From the NCBI GenBank assembly GCA_964346745.1, contig CAYFWE010000002.1, positions 30,570 to 94,569 on the forward strand: 64,000 nt of DNA, read 5' to 3'. The notes beneath the pieces are model-generated. The model saw only the letters and a list, made by a program, of their open reading frames with translations, was not told where the DNA came from and ran no database searches. A program made the position numbers and the translations under genes. Shown here piece by piece: positions 42,259 through 49,684 of this stretch (position 1 is its first letter; each line of letters opens with the position of its first letter). This DNA is from an uncultured Actinomyces sp. (lineage in GTDB: Bacteria; Actinomycetota; Actinomycetes; Actinomycetales; Actinomycetaceae).

Positions 42259-44184
42259 TCATTGACTGTTCGGCTTGGCCAGGGCTGGCGTCGCGCTCGT
42301 TGAGCGGCTAGACGCGTAATCCTTGATATTCGGAAGCTTCCCGGTCAGTGCGCGGAGCGCGTACAAGATCGCCGCTAGGTCAACGAACTCTTGGGTCAGG
42401 GCACCCGCCATCGCCGGGATGGCGCCGGTCGTAGCAACCAGCATCAACCCGACACTCAGGACAATGCCTATCCAGATCGCCGTGAGGGCGACGCGCATCG
42501 TGTGACGCGAGATTGCCACTGCATCGGCGACTTTCCAAATGCTGTCCGCTACGATCACCGCGTCAGCCGCTTCGCCCGCTGCCGTGGCACCACGGGCACC
42601 CATCGCGACCCCAACATTAGCTGCAGCCAATGCTGGGGCATCATTGACACCGTCACCAACCATCATCGCCGGACGCGGCTCCAACTTGGCGACCTGCTCG
42701 ACTTTCTCTTGTGGCCGCAAAGAGGCGTGTACAGCGGTGATTCCTGCTTGAGAGGCAATAGCGCGGGCAGTTTCTACGCTGTCCCCGGTAAGCATCTGGA
42801 TATTCCGGACGTCGTGATCGCCCAGATAGTTGATGAGGGCGGGCGCTTCCGGCCGAATTTCGTCGGACAATACGATTACCCCGGCCACTTCACCATCTAC
42901 CGATAGGTAGGTGGCGACCTCTCCAGCACGAAGTGTCTGACTGGTACTGACACTCTCGCTTTCATTATTGGGAGACACGAAAGCTCGGCGCCCCACCAAC
43001 ACAGATTGTCCCGCAATACTTGCTTTCACACCGGATCCAGTGACCTCTTCCGCGTGAGACACCCGGGGGAGAGAAACACCGCGCGCCTGCGCTGCACTCA
43101 CGATGCTGGTCGCCAAGACGTGCGCGGAATACTGCTCAGCCGCGGCAGCCAATGCCAAGACCTCTTCGGCGGAGAACCCGCCCGTGGGTTCCACTCTGAC
43201 TACTTCGGGACGACCGGCCGTGATAGTCCCAGTCTTATCAAAAGCCACGCTTCGCACCCGCGACATCTCTTCGATGACCGCACCGCCCTTGAAGATCACG
43301 CCATTCTTCGCAGAACGGGATAGGCCGCCCATGAATGCGACCGGAGCTGCGATGAGCAACGGGCACGGAGTGGCCAGGACAAGCACCTCCGCGAACCTTA
43401 CCGGGTTACCAGAAACTGCCCATGCGATCCCAGCAATCGTCAACGAAAGAACGGTGAAAGGAACAGCGAAACGGTCCGCAACCCTTACCACCGGTGCCTT
43501 CTGTTCTTCCGCGTCCTGAACTAAAGACACAATCTGCTGATACTGCGAGTTTTCCGCGGTCTGGGTTGCTCGTATTTTCACGGCTTCATCGCCGTTCAGC
43601 GCCCCCGATAACACTTCTTCCCCATGCGTCAAGTCAATGGGGAGCGACTCGCCCGTAATCGCTGCCTCATCAAAAGTTCCCTTCTCCGACTGCAGCGTCC
43701 CGTCAACTGGAACAACTTCAGAGGGGCGCACTAGCAACAAGTCACCCACTTGAACCTGACTAACGGGTACGTCTTGGATGTGTTCTTTTTGCGAATCCTC
43801 ATCGATAGTTATGAGGTGGGCAGTCTGTGGGGTTTGGTCTAAGAGACTGGTCAGCGCGCTTCGCGCACGACTGGCTGCGTAATCTTCCAGTGCTTCACCA
43901 CCGGTAAGCATTAGAACGATGATGATTGACGCGCCGTACTCACCCACCGCGAGCGTCGCGATCATTGCGATCACAGCCAAAATATCGAGCCCGAAATTCC
44001 CAGCCAACACGTCTTTCACCATGTCGACCATCGTCCAGATCACGATGCCCGAAACGTACAGTGTTGCCAAAATCTGCGCGATTTGGGACAGCCCTCCGAA
44101 ATACAGGGCTAAGACCCCAAGGCCTACGATTATGGTGGCTCCCACAAGAGGGTAGGACACCAATGCTTTCTTCAACTTCGCCAT
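42259..44184 (-). CDS. P1B-type heavy-metal-translocating ATPase with a TPCP transmembrane motif and no N-terminal metal-binding domain
   Basis: Motifs FDKTGTIT, MLTGD and VGDGVNDAPAL. TM motif LATPCPLLIAAP and last-helix QEFVD. 641 aa. Only 12 nt separate it from the downstream tpx. Confidence 0.85.
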   Translation of the reverse strand: MAKLKKALVSYPLVGATIIVGLGVLALYFGGLSQIAQILATLYVSGIVIWTMVDMVKDVLAGNFGLDILAVIAMIATLAVGEYGASIIIVLMLTGGEALEDYAASRARSALTSLLDQTPQTAHLITIDEDSQKEHIQDVPVSQVQVGDLLLVRPSEVVPVDGTLQSEKGTFDEAAITGESLPIDLTHGEEVLSGALNGDEAVKIRATQTAENSQYQQIVSLVQDAEEQKAPVVRVADRFAVPFTVLSLTIAGIAWAVSGNPVRFAEVLVLATPCPLLIAAPVAFMGGLSRSAKNGVIFKGGAVIEEMSRVRSVAFDKTGTITAGRPEVVRVEPTGGFSAEEVLALAAAAEQYSAHVLATSIVSAAQARGVSLPRVSHAEEVTGSGVKASIAGQSVLVGRRAFVSPNNESESVSTSQTLRAGEVATYLSVDGEVAGVIVLSDEIRPEAPALINYLGDHDVRNIQMLTGDSVETARAIASQAGITAVHASLRPQEKVEQVAKLEPRPAMMVGDGVNDAPALAAANVGVAMGARGATAAGEAADAVIVADSIWKVADAVAISRHTMRVALTAIWIGIVLSVGLMLVATTGAIPAMAGALTQEFVDLAAILYALRALTGKLPNIKDYASSRSTSATPALAKPNSQ

Positions 44185-44355
44185 GCTTCAAGCGTCACCA
44201 AAACTGACGGTTTTTTCAACGAAGGTTAGGATTGCCTATCCCGGTTTCGTCCCGAGTTTTCCGCAAAATATCGCCCGAGATTAAGCACGACTGCGGTCTA
44301 AGTCATAAGATTAGCGAGTAGTGACGGCGACGGGCATATTTGCTGGCCGATACAC

Positions 44356-44979
44356 GTGGACCAAGACAAGAGGAGAGTTCCAGTGTCTAAAGAGGCGAGT
44401 GTTAGCGAACGAATTCAGCTCACGATCACAACTTACAGATGGGGTTTTGCCATAACTGGCCTAGTCGCTGTCGTCCTAGGCATTTTCGTCCTCGTTTGGC
44501 CCCATGAGGTGATCTGGATAGCGGCATTACTCGTTGGCATCTACGCTGTGGCAACCGGGCTGTTTTACGTTGTGGCCTCCGTTCGGGCCACTGCGACGAA
44601 GTTCATCATTCGGGTTGCCCGGACTGTTGCGGGTATAGCGTTCATAACCGCCGGCATCGTCATGCTGTCCTTCTTGGGGACTTCTGCGGCGGTCTTAGCG
44701 AATGTCTTGAGCATCGTCCTGGGTGCCCTCTGGATTGCCGAGGGCGTTTCATCATTCATCCTGCTCAAGGGCCGCTTGGAGCAAAGGCCGGTCGCCACGG
44801 CTTACGCGGTCATCGCGATCGCGATTGGCGTGGTGTTGCTGCTAACTCCACTGTGGGGAGCCGGGGCGCTCCGGTGGTTCGTTGGCATCGCACTGGTCGT
44901 GCTGGGTGGGGCGCAAGTCTACCGAGCAGCAATGGCCTCACGGGCGATGAAAGTGGAACTAGAAGTCAAAGACGACTAG
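44356..44979 (+). CDS. DUF308/HdeD-like membrane protein
   Basis: Six-helix ORF with repeated GlaxvvLGixxLvwP-like segments (GLVAVVLGIFVLVWP, IALVVLGGAQVY). Confidence 0.55.
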   Translation: MDQDKRRVPVSKEASVSERIQLTITTYRWGFAITGLVAVVLGIFVLVWPHEVIWIAALLVGIYAVATGLFYVVASVRATATKFIIRVARTVAGIAFITAGIVMLSFLGTSAAVLANVLSIVLGALWIAEGVSSFILLKGRLEQRPVATAYAVIAIAIGVVLLLTPLWGAGALRWFVGIALVVLGGAQVYRAAMASRAMKVELEVKDD

Positions 44980-44985
44980 GCGGTA

Positions 44986-45150
44986 CTACTTCCGTCCGAA
45001 ACCGAAAAAGCCACCTTTGGTGCGTGGTTGCTTCGGATGTCCGTCACACCACTGGTCTTTAGGGACACCTTGTTTAACTTGATCCACGTGTCGTCCGCAG
45101 CCGCTCCACGTCGTTTTTCCACATGTTGAGCACTTAACCGGTGAGCACAT
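44986..45150 (-). CDS. 54-aa Cys-rich miniprotein (below the ORF-track length cutoff)
   Basis: Hand translation of the minus strand: MCSPVKCSTCGKTTWSGCGRHVDQVKQGVPKDQWCDGHPKQPRTKGGFFGFGRK*. A GGAG lies 13 nt upstream. It is co-directional with, and 33 nt downstream of, the DUF2892 gene. It resembles a small conserved actinobacterial protein family, from memory. Confidence 0.6.
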   Translation of the reverse strand: MCSPVKCSTCGKTTWSGCGRHVDQVKQGVPKDQWCDGHPKQPRTKGGFFGFGRK

Positions 45151-45183
45151 ACTCTTCACACTCCATAACTGTTGGGTTTGAAA

Positions 45184-45504
45184 CTAAGAATCTTTACGGT
45201 CAATACTAATGAAGCCATAGGCTTGCGGGGTAGGAAATTCGTCTTGCGCGCCCGATGCCGGCTTACTTCTCATGAACAGCTGCGTTGGGCACCACCCAGT
45301 GATAGCGCCGATCACAAGGAACGTCGTGCATATCGTGGCGGGAATCCCGCACAGAAAGTTACGGTCGGAAAGCATGGAGGCTGCTATCACGCCGACTACC
45401 ACGGCCGTGATTGCGAAGAAGATCCGATCGGAACGCGACGTCGCGCAAGCCGGCTGAATGCGCCGGGTGCCCGGGTGCTCCACCTTCGTTTGGGTACTGG
45501 TCAA
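45184..45504 (-). CDS. DUF2892 (YgaP-like) small membrane protein
   Basis: SDRIFFAITAVVVGVIAA...IGAITGWCPTQLF contains the DUF2892 G-W-C-P signature. The TTG start overlaps the upstream stop as TTGA, so the start is uncertain. Confidence 0.65.
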   Translation of the reverse strand: MTSTQTKVEHPGTRRIQPACATSRSDRIFFAITAVVVGVIAASMLSDRNFLCGIPATICTTFLVIGAITGWCPTQLFMRSKPASGAQDEFPTPQAYGFISIDRKDS

Positions 45505-47195
45505 CGCACTATCCTTATCTTCGGCGCCAACCCGCCTTCTATGGCGGCGCGCATCGTGAGCATGCCACCAGACAGGTTACGAACGTCCTCGAACCCATTT
45601 TGAACCAGGATTCGTTCGGCCAGGTACGACCTCATTCCGGACTGGCATTGAACACGCAGAGGTCGTCCTGCTGCGGCCTCACGAACCTCCTCCAACCGGT
45701 CCCGCAGCTCTGTGTGAGGAATGTTCAGAGCACCCTCGAAGTGGCCGGTGGCGTACTCTGCTGGGCTGCGAACATCAAGGATGAGGGCGGACTCCATGAC
45801 TTCTTCAATCTCTTGGGCGTACCAAAGATTGGTGATGCCATCCATCACGTCTTGCCCGTAGTAACCGACCATATTGACCGCGTCCTTCGCACTCCCATAA
45901 GGCGGTGAGTAGGCAAGGTCAAGATCGATCAGATCCTCAACGGTCAACCCGCCCCGCATCGCCGTGGCAATCACATCGATGCGCTTGTCGGCCCCCGATT
46001 CACCGACTGCCTGCGCGCCGAGGAGAGTGCCGTCTTTCTTTGAGAAGTGCACAACCAGGTGAATTTGAGTGGCGCCAGGGAAATAAGTGGCGTGAGAAAA
46101 CGGGTGAAGATTGATGGTGTGATGGTCAATACCGGCAGTTTCCAGAGCACGCCGTGAAGCGCCGGTCATCGCAACGGTAATGGTGCCGACACGAACAACC
46201 GCTGTGCTGAGCGGTTCGGCAATGCGTCGATCGTCTACGTTAATGCCATTGCTGCGAGCGATATCGTCAGCGATGAGTCGGCCGGCTCGGTTCGCTGGAC
46301 CAGCCAACGGCACATGGTGCAAAGCACCGGTTAAAGGATCGGTTGACGCCACCACGTCACCACCCGCCCAGATGCTTTCTATATTGGTGCGACCACGCTT
46401 ATCGACGAGAATAGCGCCCCGCTCGGCCTTTACCCCTGCGGCCACAAACGGTTCGGACGCCGGCCGAACGCCCACGGACAGTATTACTAGGTCAGCGGGA
46501 AGGGTCCGCCCGTCGGTCAGGACCACTTGTGTGCCGTCTTGGGTGGAGTCAATTCTAGCTGCCGCCACGCCCGTAACAGGATGAATCCCAAGTCGGCGAA
46601 GCTCAATGGTTACATGCGCTGCGATCTCAGCATCTGCTGCTGGAAGAACGTTGTCAGCCCTCTCAACCACGGTGACGTCAACGTCTTGTTCTGCGAGCGC
46701 TTCGGCTGCTTCCAAGCCGATGAAGCCGGCGCCTAGAACCACGGCTCTCTTGACGGTTCCTTCTTCAATCCGCCGCCGGATTTCGACCGCGTCCGGTACA
46801 GTCCGCAGGTGCCACACAGCTGGGGTATCGCAGCCTGGCACGTTCGGTTTTATCGCAGTCGCCCCAGGCGCGAGCACTAGGTTGTCATATGAAAGGACCT
46901 CTTGCTTCCCGTCATGTTCGGCGGTAACCGTTTTCGACGCAGGGTCTATAGCGACAACTTCGTGTCCGACGCGAACATCAAGATTCAGAGCTGCGTGTAG
47001 TTTCTCTGGTGTTTGAACCAAGAGGGAAGATTCATCTTGGATTTCGCCACCCACGTAATAAGGGAGCCCGCAATTGGCGTAGCTAACAAACGATCCCTTT
47101 TCGAGGACGATGATCTCCGAGTGTTCATCTAGTCGCCGCAAGCGCGCTGCGGCGCTCATCCCTGTGGCGACTCCCCCAACGACGATAGTCCGCAT
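45501..47195 (-). CDS. CoA-disulfide reductase fused to a C-terminal rhodanese domain (CoA-persulfide-reductase type)
   Basis: MRTIVVGGVATGMSAA, redox Cys in SFVSYANCGLPYYVGG, a second FAD/NAD fold VVLGAGFIGLE, and the C-terminal rhodanese loop VQCQSGMRS. Confidence 0.85.
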   Translation of the reverse strand: MRTIVVGGVATGMSAAARLRRLDEHSEIIVLEKGSFVSYANCGLPYYVGGEIQDESSLLVQTPEKLHAALNLDVRVGHEVVAIDPASKTVTAEHDGKQEVLSYDNLVLAPGATAIKPNVPGCDTPAVWHLRTVPDAVEIRRRIEEGTVKRAVVLGAGFIGLEAAEALAEQDVDVTVVERADNVLPAADAEIAAHVTIELRRLGIHPVTGVAAARIDSTQDGTQVVLTDGRTLPADLVILSVGVRPASEPFVAAGVKAERGAILVDKRGRTNIESIWAGGDVVASTDPLTGALHHVPLAGPANRAGRLIADDIARSNGINVDDRRIAEPLSTAVVRVGTITVAMTGASRRALETAGIDHHTINLHPFSHATYFPGATQIHLVVHFSKKDGTLLGAQAVGESGADKRIDVIATAMRGGLTVEDLIDLDLAYSPPYGSAKDAVNMVGYYGQDVMDGITNLWYAQEIEEVMESALILDVRSPAEYATGHFEGALNIPHTELRDRLEEVREAAAGRPLRVQCQSGMRSYLAERILVQNGFEDVRNLSGGMLTMRAAIEGGLAPKIRIVR

Positions 47196-47232
47196 GGACG
47201 ATTCCTTCCGTGGTTTTACAAACGCTAGAACT

Positions 47233-47248
47233 ATACCGTGGGGGGTAT
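47233..47248. promoter_or_regulatory. CsoR/CstR-type operator-like pseudo-palindrome upstream of the CoADR-rhodanese operon
   Basis: ATACCGTGGGGGGTAT has perfect ATACC/GGTAT arms around a G/C-rich core. It lies 38 nt upstream of the start codon and overlaps a minus-strand TATAGT -10-like hexamer (47230-47235). Confidence 0.5.
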
Positions 47249-47305
47249 CTTGTTTTCTGCTTCTGGACGTCGCGTGTTAGGGAACTAACCTCTCTGAATA
47301 GTTGA

Positions 47306-47333
47306 GGCCGGCCAGCTACATGGCTGACCGGCC
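47306..47333 (-). terminator. Stem-loop after the SQR/small-ORF pair (possible terminator without a U-tract)
   Basis: GGCCGGCCAGC / GCTGACCGGCC forms 11 stem positions with one C.A mismatch and a 6-nt loop. It starts 21 nt downstream of the 68-aa ORF stop. Confidence 0.45.
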
Positions 47334-47353
47334 GTTTGATCTCGCTTTCCGCT

Positions 47354-47560
47354 CTAGTCGTGTGAATGCCCTTTGAGGACCATCCTCATGATTGTCAGGT
47401 CGAAGGCAACGAACTTGAATAGCTGCGGGATTATGGACTTGCGGGCCCGTAGCGTCTGTTTGGTGGGCATGGGCGCGTTGTCTAGGTTGGCGACAGCCCC
47501 GCCCTCATACACTTTTTTGTCTTTCGTGTTGGCAACGTTGGTTTGCGACATCGCGATCAC
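47354..47560 (-). CDS. Small hypothetical protein translationally coupled to SQR
   Basis: The GTG start overlaps the SQR stop as GTGA; an internal ATG (MSQTNV...) is also possible. The C-terminal amphipathic/hydrophobic helix is IIPQLFKFVAFDLTIMRMVL. No family was recognised. Confidence 0.5.
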   Translation of the reverse strand: MIAMSQTNVANTKDKKVYEGGAVANLDNAPMPTKQTLRARKSIIPQLFKFVAFDLTIMRMVLKGHSHD

Positions 47561-49017
47561 TCCGGAATCAGGAACCAGAAGGGCTTTGCCTTCGCTTTGT
47601 AGATAAACAGGTAGTGCAGCATTAGCTTTACCCAGTGGCCCGATAAGCCAATGTCGCCACGGGTGTCTTGGATATCACGCCCAGTTGGGTACTTCACGTA
47701 GTCGGGGACGACCGGCATCATTGTCATAGCGGCAGCGGAACCCTGTGTCATCCCGGTGCCAGCAGAAGCGACGCAGGCGGCGCCCATATTCGCCATCGAA
47801 GCCGATACGGCCGGTGCGTTGGGGTTCTTGATGCGCCGAGCAATCGTTTCGGCCGCTGCCTTCCCCATAACGCCCGACGGCATTCCTGTCCGCGGCGGGG
47901 CGGGGGCGATCAGGGTCCCGTTGGGGGTTTTTCGCGGTTTGGATATTTGATGCGGTGGGGCAAAAGCGATCCCGACAGCAAAAACGTTGGGGAAGCCGGG
48001 ACACTCGTATGTCTTTGGCCAGTCGTCCGCGCGCCACTCTTCGTATGGTTTGGGCGTGTAATCAGCGTCGACTTTCATAAACCCGGACGGAGCGAACATC
48101 AACTCCGTAATGTCCGTGCCATTGGGACTGAAAGCCTTCAGGGGTACGCCGCCAAACGGTGGCAAGAGCATTGCGAAATCAAAGGAGAGCTTATGCTTTT
48201 CCCCATCGAGCGTTTCGTAGGTGATTACCTTGTCCTCGATGCTCTCCACCGCAGCGCCCAGAATTGCTTCAACGCCGCGTTCACGGAATAGCGAGGCAGT
48301 CCACAGTTCTGAGGTCGTTTCGAACCCACGTTCTACGAAAGTCATGCCGTCGACACCAAAGTCGCCTAGTTTGGCTTCGTTCGTCAAGTAGATGAGGCGA
48401 ACGTTGTCGCGCACGCCCTCTTTTCTGAGTCGATCGTCGACATTGAACACGTATTCGAATGCGGCGCCTTCACACGTACATGTTCCATGTCCCGTTCCCA
48501 CCACCGCTACTTGTTTTTCACCACTTCGGGCGCGAGCGATGAGGGCATCAAGTTCTGCGGCGGCATGGGTGGCATGATCGGCTGTGCATACCGATACTGT
48601 CTGTCCTTCGTCTGGGCCTAGCCCAGGTGTTGCGTTGAAACGAAGTTGGGGACCCGTGGCGTTTATCAGGAAGTCGTAGGGTACACGAAGTTTGGACCCC
48701 TCCCGGCCCGGCAGGGTGCTTTCGACCTCAACAAAACCTTTATCGCTGCCCTCTCCCCCGTTGGGCCAGATCTGCGTCGCCTTGGCTTGGATGAGGTTGA
48801 TCCCTTTTTTCTTGTAGATCGGAGCCAGGGGGAACAACACTTTCTTTTCGGGCATGGTTCCCACGCCTACCCAAATGTTGGACGGAATCCAGTTCCAGTC
48901 TTTGTTCGGCGTAACTACGGTCACGCTGTGTTCTTTGTTGAGCATGCGACGTAAATGCAGGGCTGCTGTATGCCCCGCCACGCCCGCTCCCAACACAACC
49001 ACGTTGGCCATGCGCAT
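47557..49017 (-). CDS. sqr: Sulfide:quinone oxidoreductase (type-I-like)
   Basis: VVVLGAGVAGHTAA and NWIPSNIWVGVG are present. All three SQR cysteine contexts are seen (SVCTADHA, GTCTCEGAAFEY, GAACVASAG), along with a C-terminal amphipathic tail. The start is ATG 49017 or 49011, preceded by a GGGAGAGA SD. Confidence 0.85.
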   Translation of the reverse strand: MRMANVVVLGAGVAGHTAALHLRRMLNKEHSVTVVTPNKDWNWIPSNIWVGVGTMPEKKVLFPLAPIYKKKGINLIQAKATQIWPNGGEGSDKGFVEVESTLPGREGSKLRVPYDFLINATGPQLRFNATPGLGPDEGQTVSVCTADHATHAAAELDALIARARSGEKQVAVVGTGHGTCTCEGAAFEYVFNVDDRLRKEGVRDNVRLIYLTNEAKLGDFGVDGMTFVERGFETTSELWTASLFRERGVEAILGAAVESIEDKVITYETLDGEKHKLSFDFAMLLPPFGGVPLKAFSPNGTDITELMFAPSGFMKVDADYTPKPYEEWRADDWPKTYECPGFPNVFAVGIAFAPPHQISKPRKTPNGTLIAPAPPRTGMPSGVMGKAAAETIARRIKNPNAPAVSASMANMGAACVASAGTGMTQGSAAAMTMMPVVPDYVKYPTGRDIQDTRGDIGLSGHWVKLMLHYLFIYKAKAKPFWFLIPE

Positions 49018-49080
49018 TCTCTCCCTTGATGATTTGCGGCGGCGTTGTGCTAATTGGTTTAGCAACGTCTACTTCCACGT

Positions 49081-49095
49081 TACACCCTGGGGTAT
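49081..49095. promoter_or_regulatory. Second CsoR/CstR-type operator-like site, upstream of sqr
   Basis: TACACCCTGGGGTAT (minus strand ATACCCCAGGGTGTA) has a core ACCC-TG-GGGT inverted repeat. It lies about 65-70 nt upstream of the sqr start. It is imperfect. Confidence 0.4.
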
Positions 49096-49189
49096 TTTTG
49101 CGCAGCGTTCTGACGCTTGCAAAGCGTCGTTCAATGCGTGGAGCGCGCTCGCTAGGTCACGTGTTATCGACCCTAGGTATGCTGGACCC

Positions 49190-49603
49190 ATGAACAAATC
49201 ACACGAGGCTTCACCGCCGAACTTACAGGCAGTGAACGAGTTTTGGGCCCAGGCGGCAGACCAGATCGAAGCACATTCGGACAGTGCTCTTTTTGGTGAA
49301 CAAACCGAAGCCGGATTAATGCCACCCGCATTCCAGTTCTCCGATAACTATGCGGAAGCGCAGAAGATGGCGCAAGAGGTGTTAGCCGGAACGCGTACCA
49401 CGTTTAGCACCCCCCTGCGTGATTTCACCGACCAAGGACTGGCGATCCCCGCCGAGGGAGATATGTCTATAGTGTGCGACGGGAATGGCATGCCGGTGGC
49501 ACTGATTTCGGACACTAAGGTTCAAACCGAGTGGCCGGATGCAGACCCCAGTGACAAGGTCGTCGTAGAAACATTTGAAGTTATCTTCCGCTTGCCAAAA
49601 TAG
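49190..49603 (+). CDS. ASCH-domain protein
   Basis: VNEFWAQ..., FQFSDNYAEAQKMAQEVLAGTRTTFSTPL and GDMSIVCDGNGMPVALISDTKVQ are collinear with ~140-aa ASCH proteins. Only the 3' part of ORF 48854..49603 is taken. Confidence 0.6.
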   Translation: MNKSHEASPPNLQAVNEFWAQAADQIEAHSDSALFGEQTEAGLMPPAFQFSDNYAEAQKMAQEVLAGTRTTFSTPLRDFTDQGLAIPAEGDMSIVCDGNGMPVALISDTKVQTEWPDADPSDKVVVETFEVIFRLPK

Positions 49604-49612
49604 GTACAAGAT

Positions 49613-49648
49613 GAGGGCGACCAGAATACGTTGATCCGGGTCGCCCTC
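49613..49648. terminator. Stem-loop between the convergent ASCH and proA genes (possible bidirectional terminator)
   Basis: GAGGGCGACC (49613-49622) pairs perfectly with GGTCGCCCTC (49639-49648) around a 16-nt loop. Confidence 0.55.
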
Positions 49649-49684
49649 GTCGTTAGATTCTCGGAATCGACTATTCGGTGCGAG

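Noticed and set aside
48854-49189. 5' two-fifths of the 249-aa plus-strand ORF
   Set aside because: It overlaps the sqr N-terminus antisense and crosses the intergenic region. ASCH-like similarity begins only after ATG 49190.
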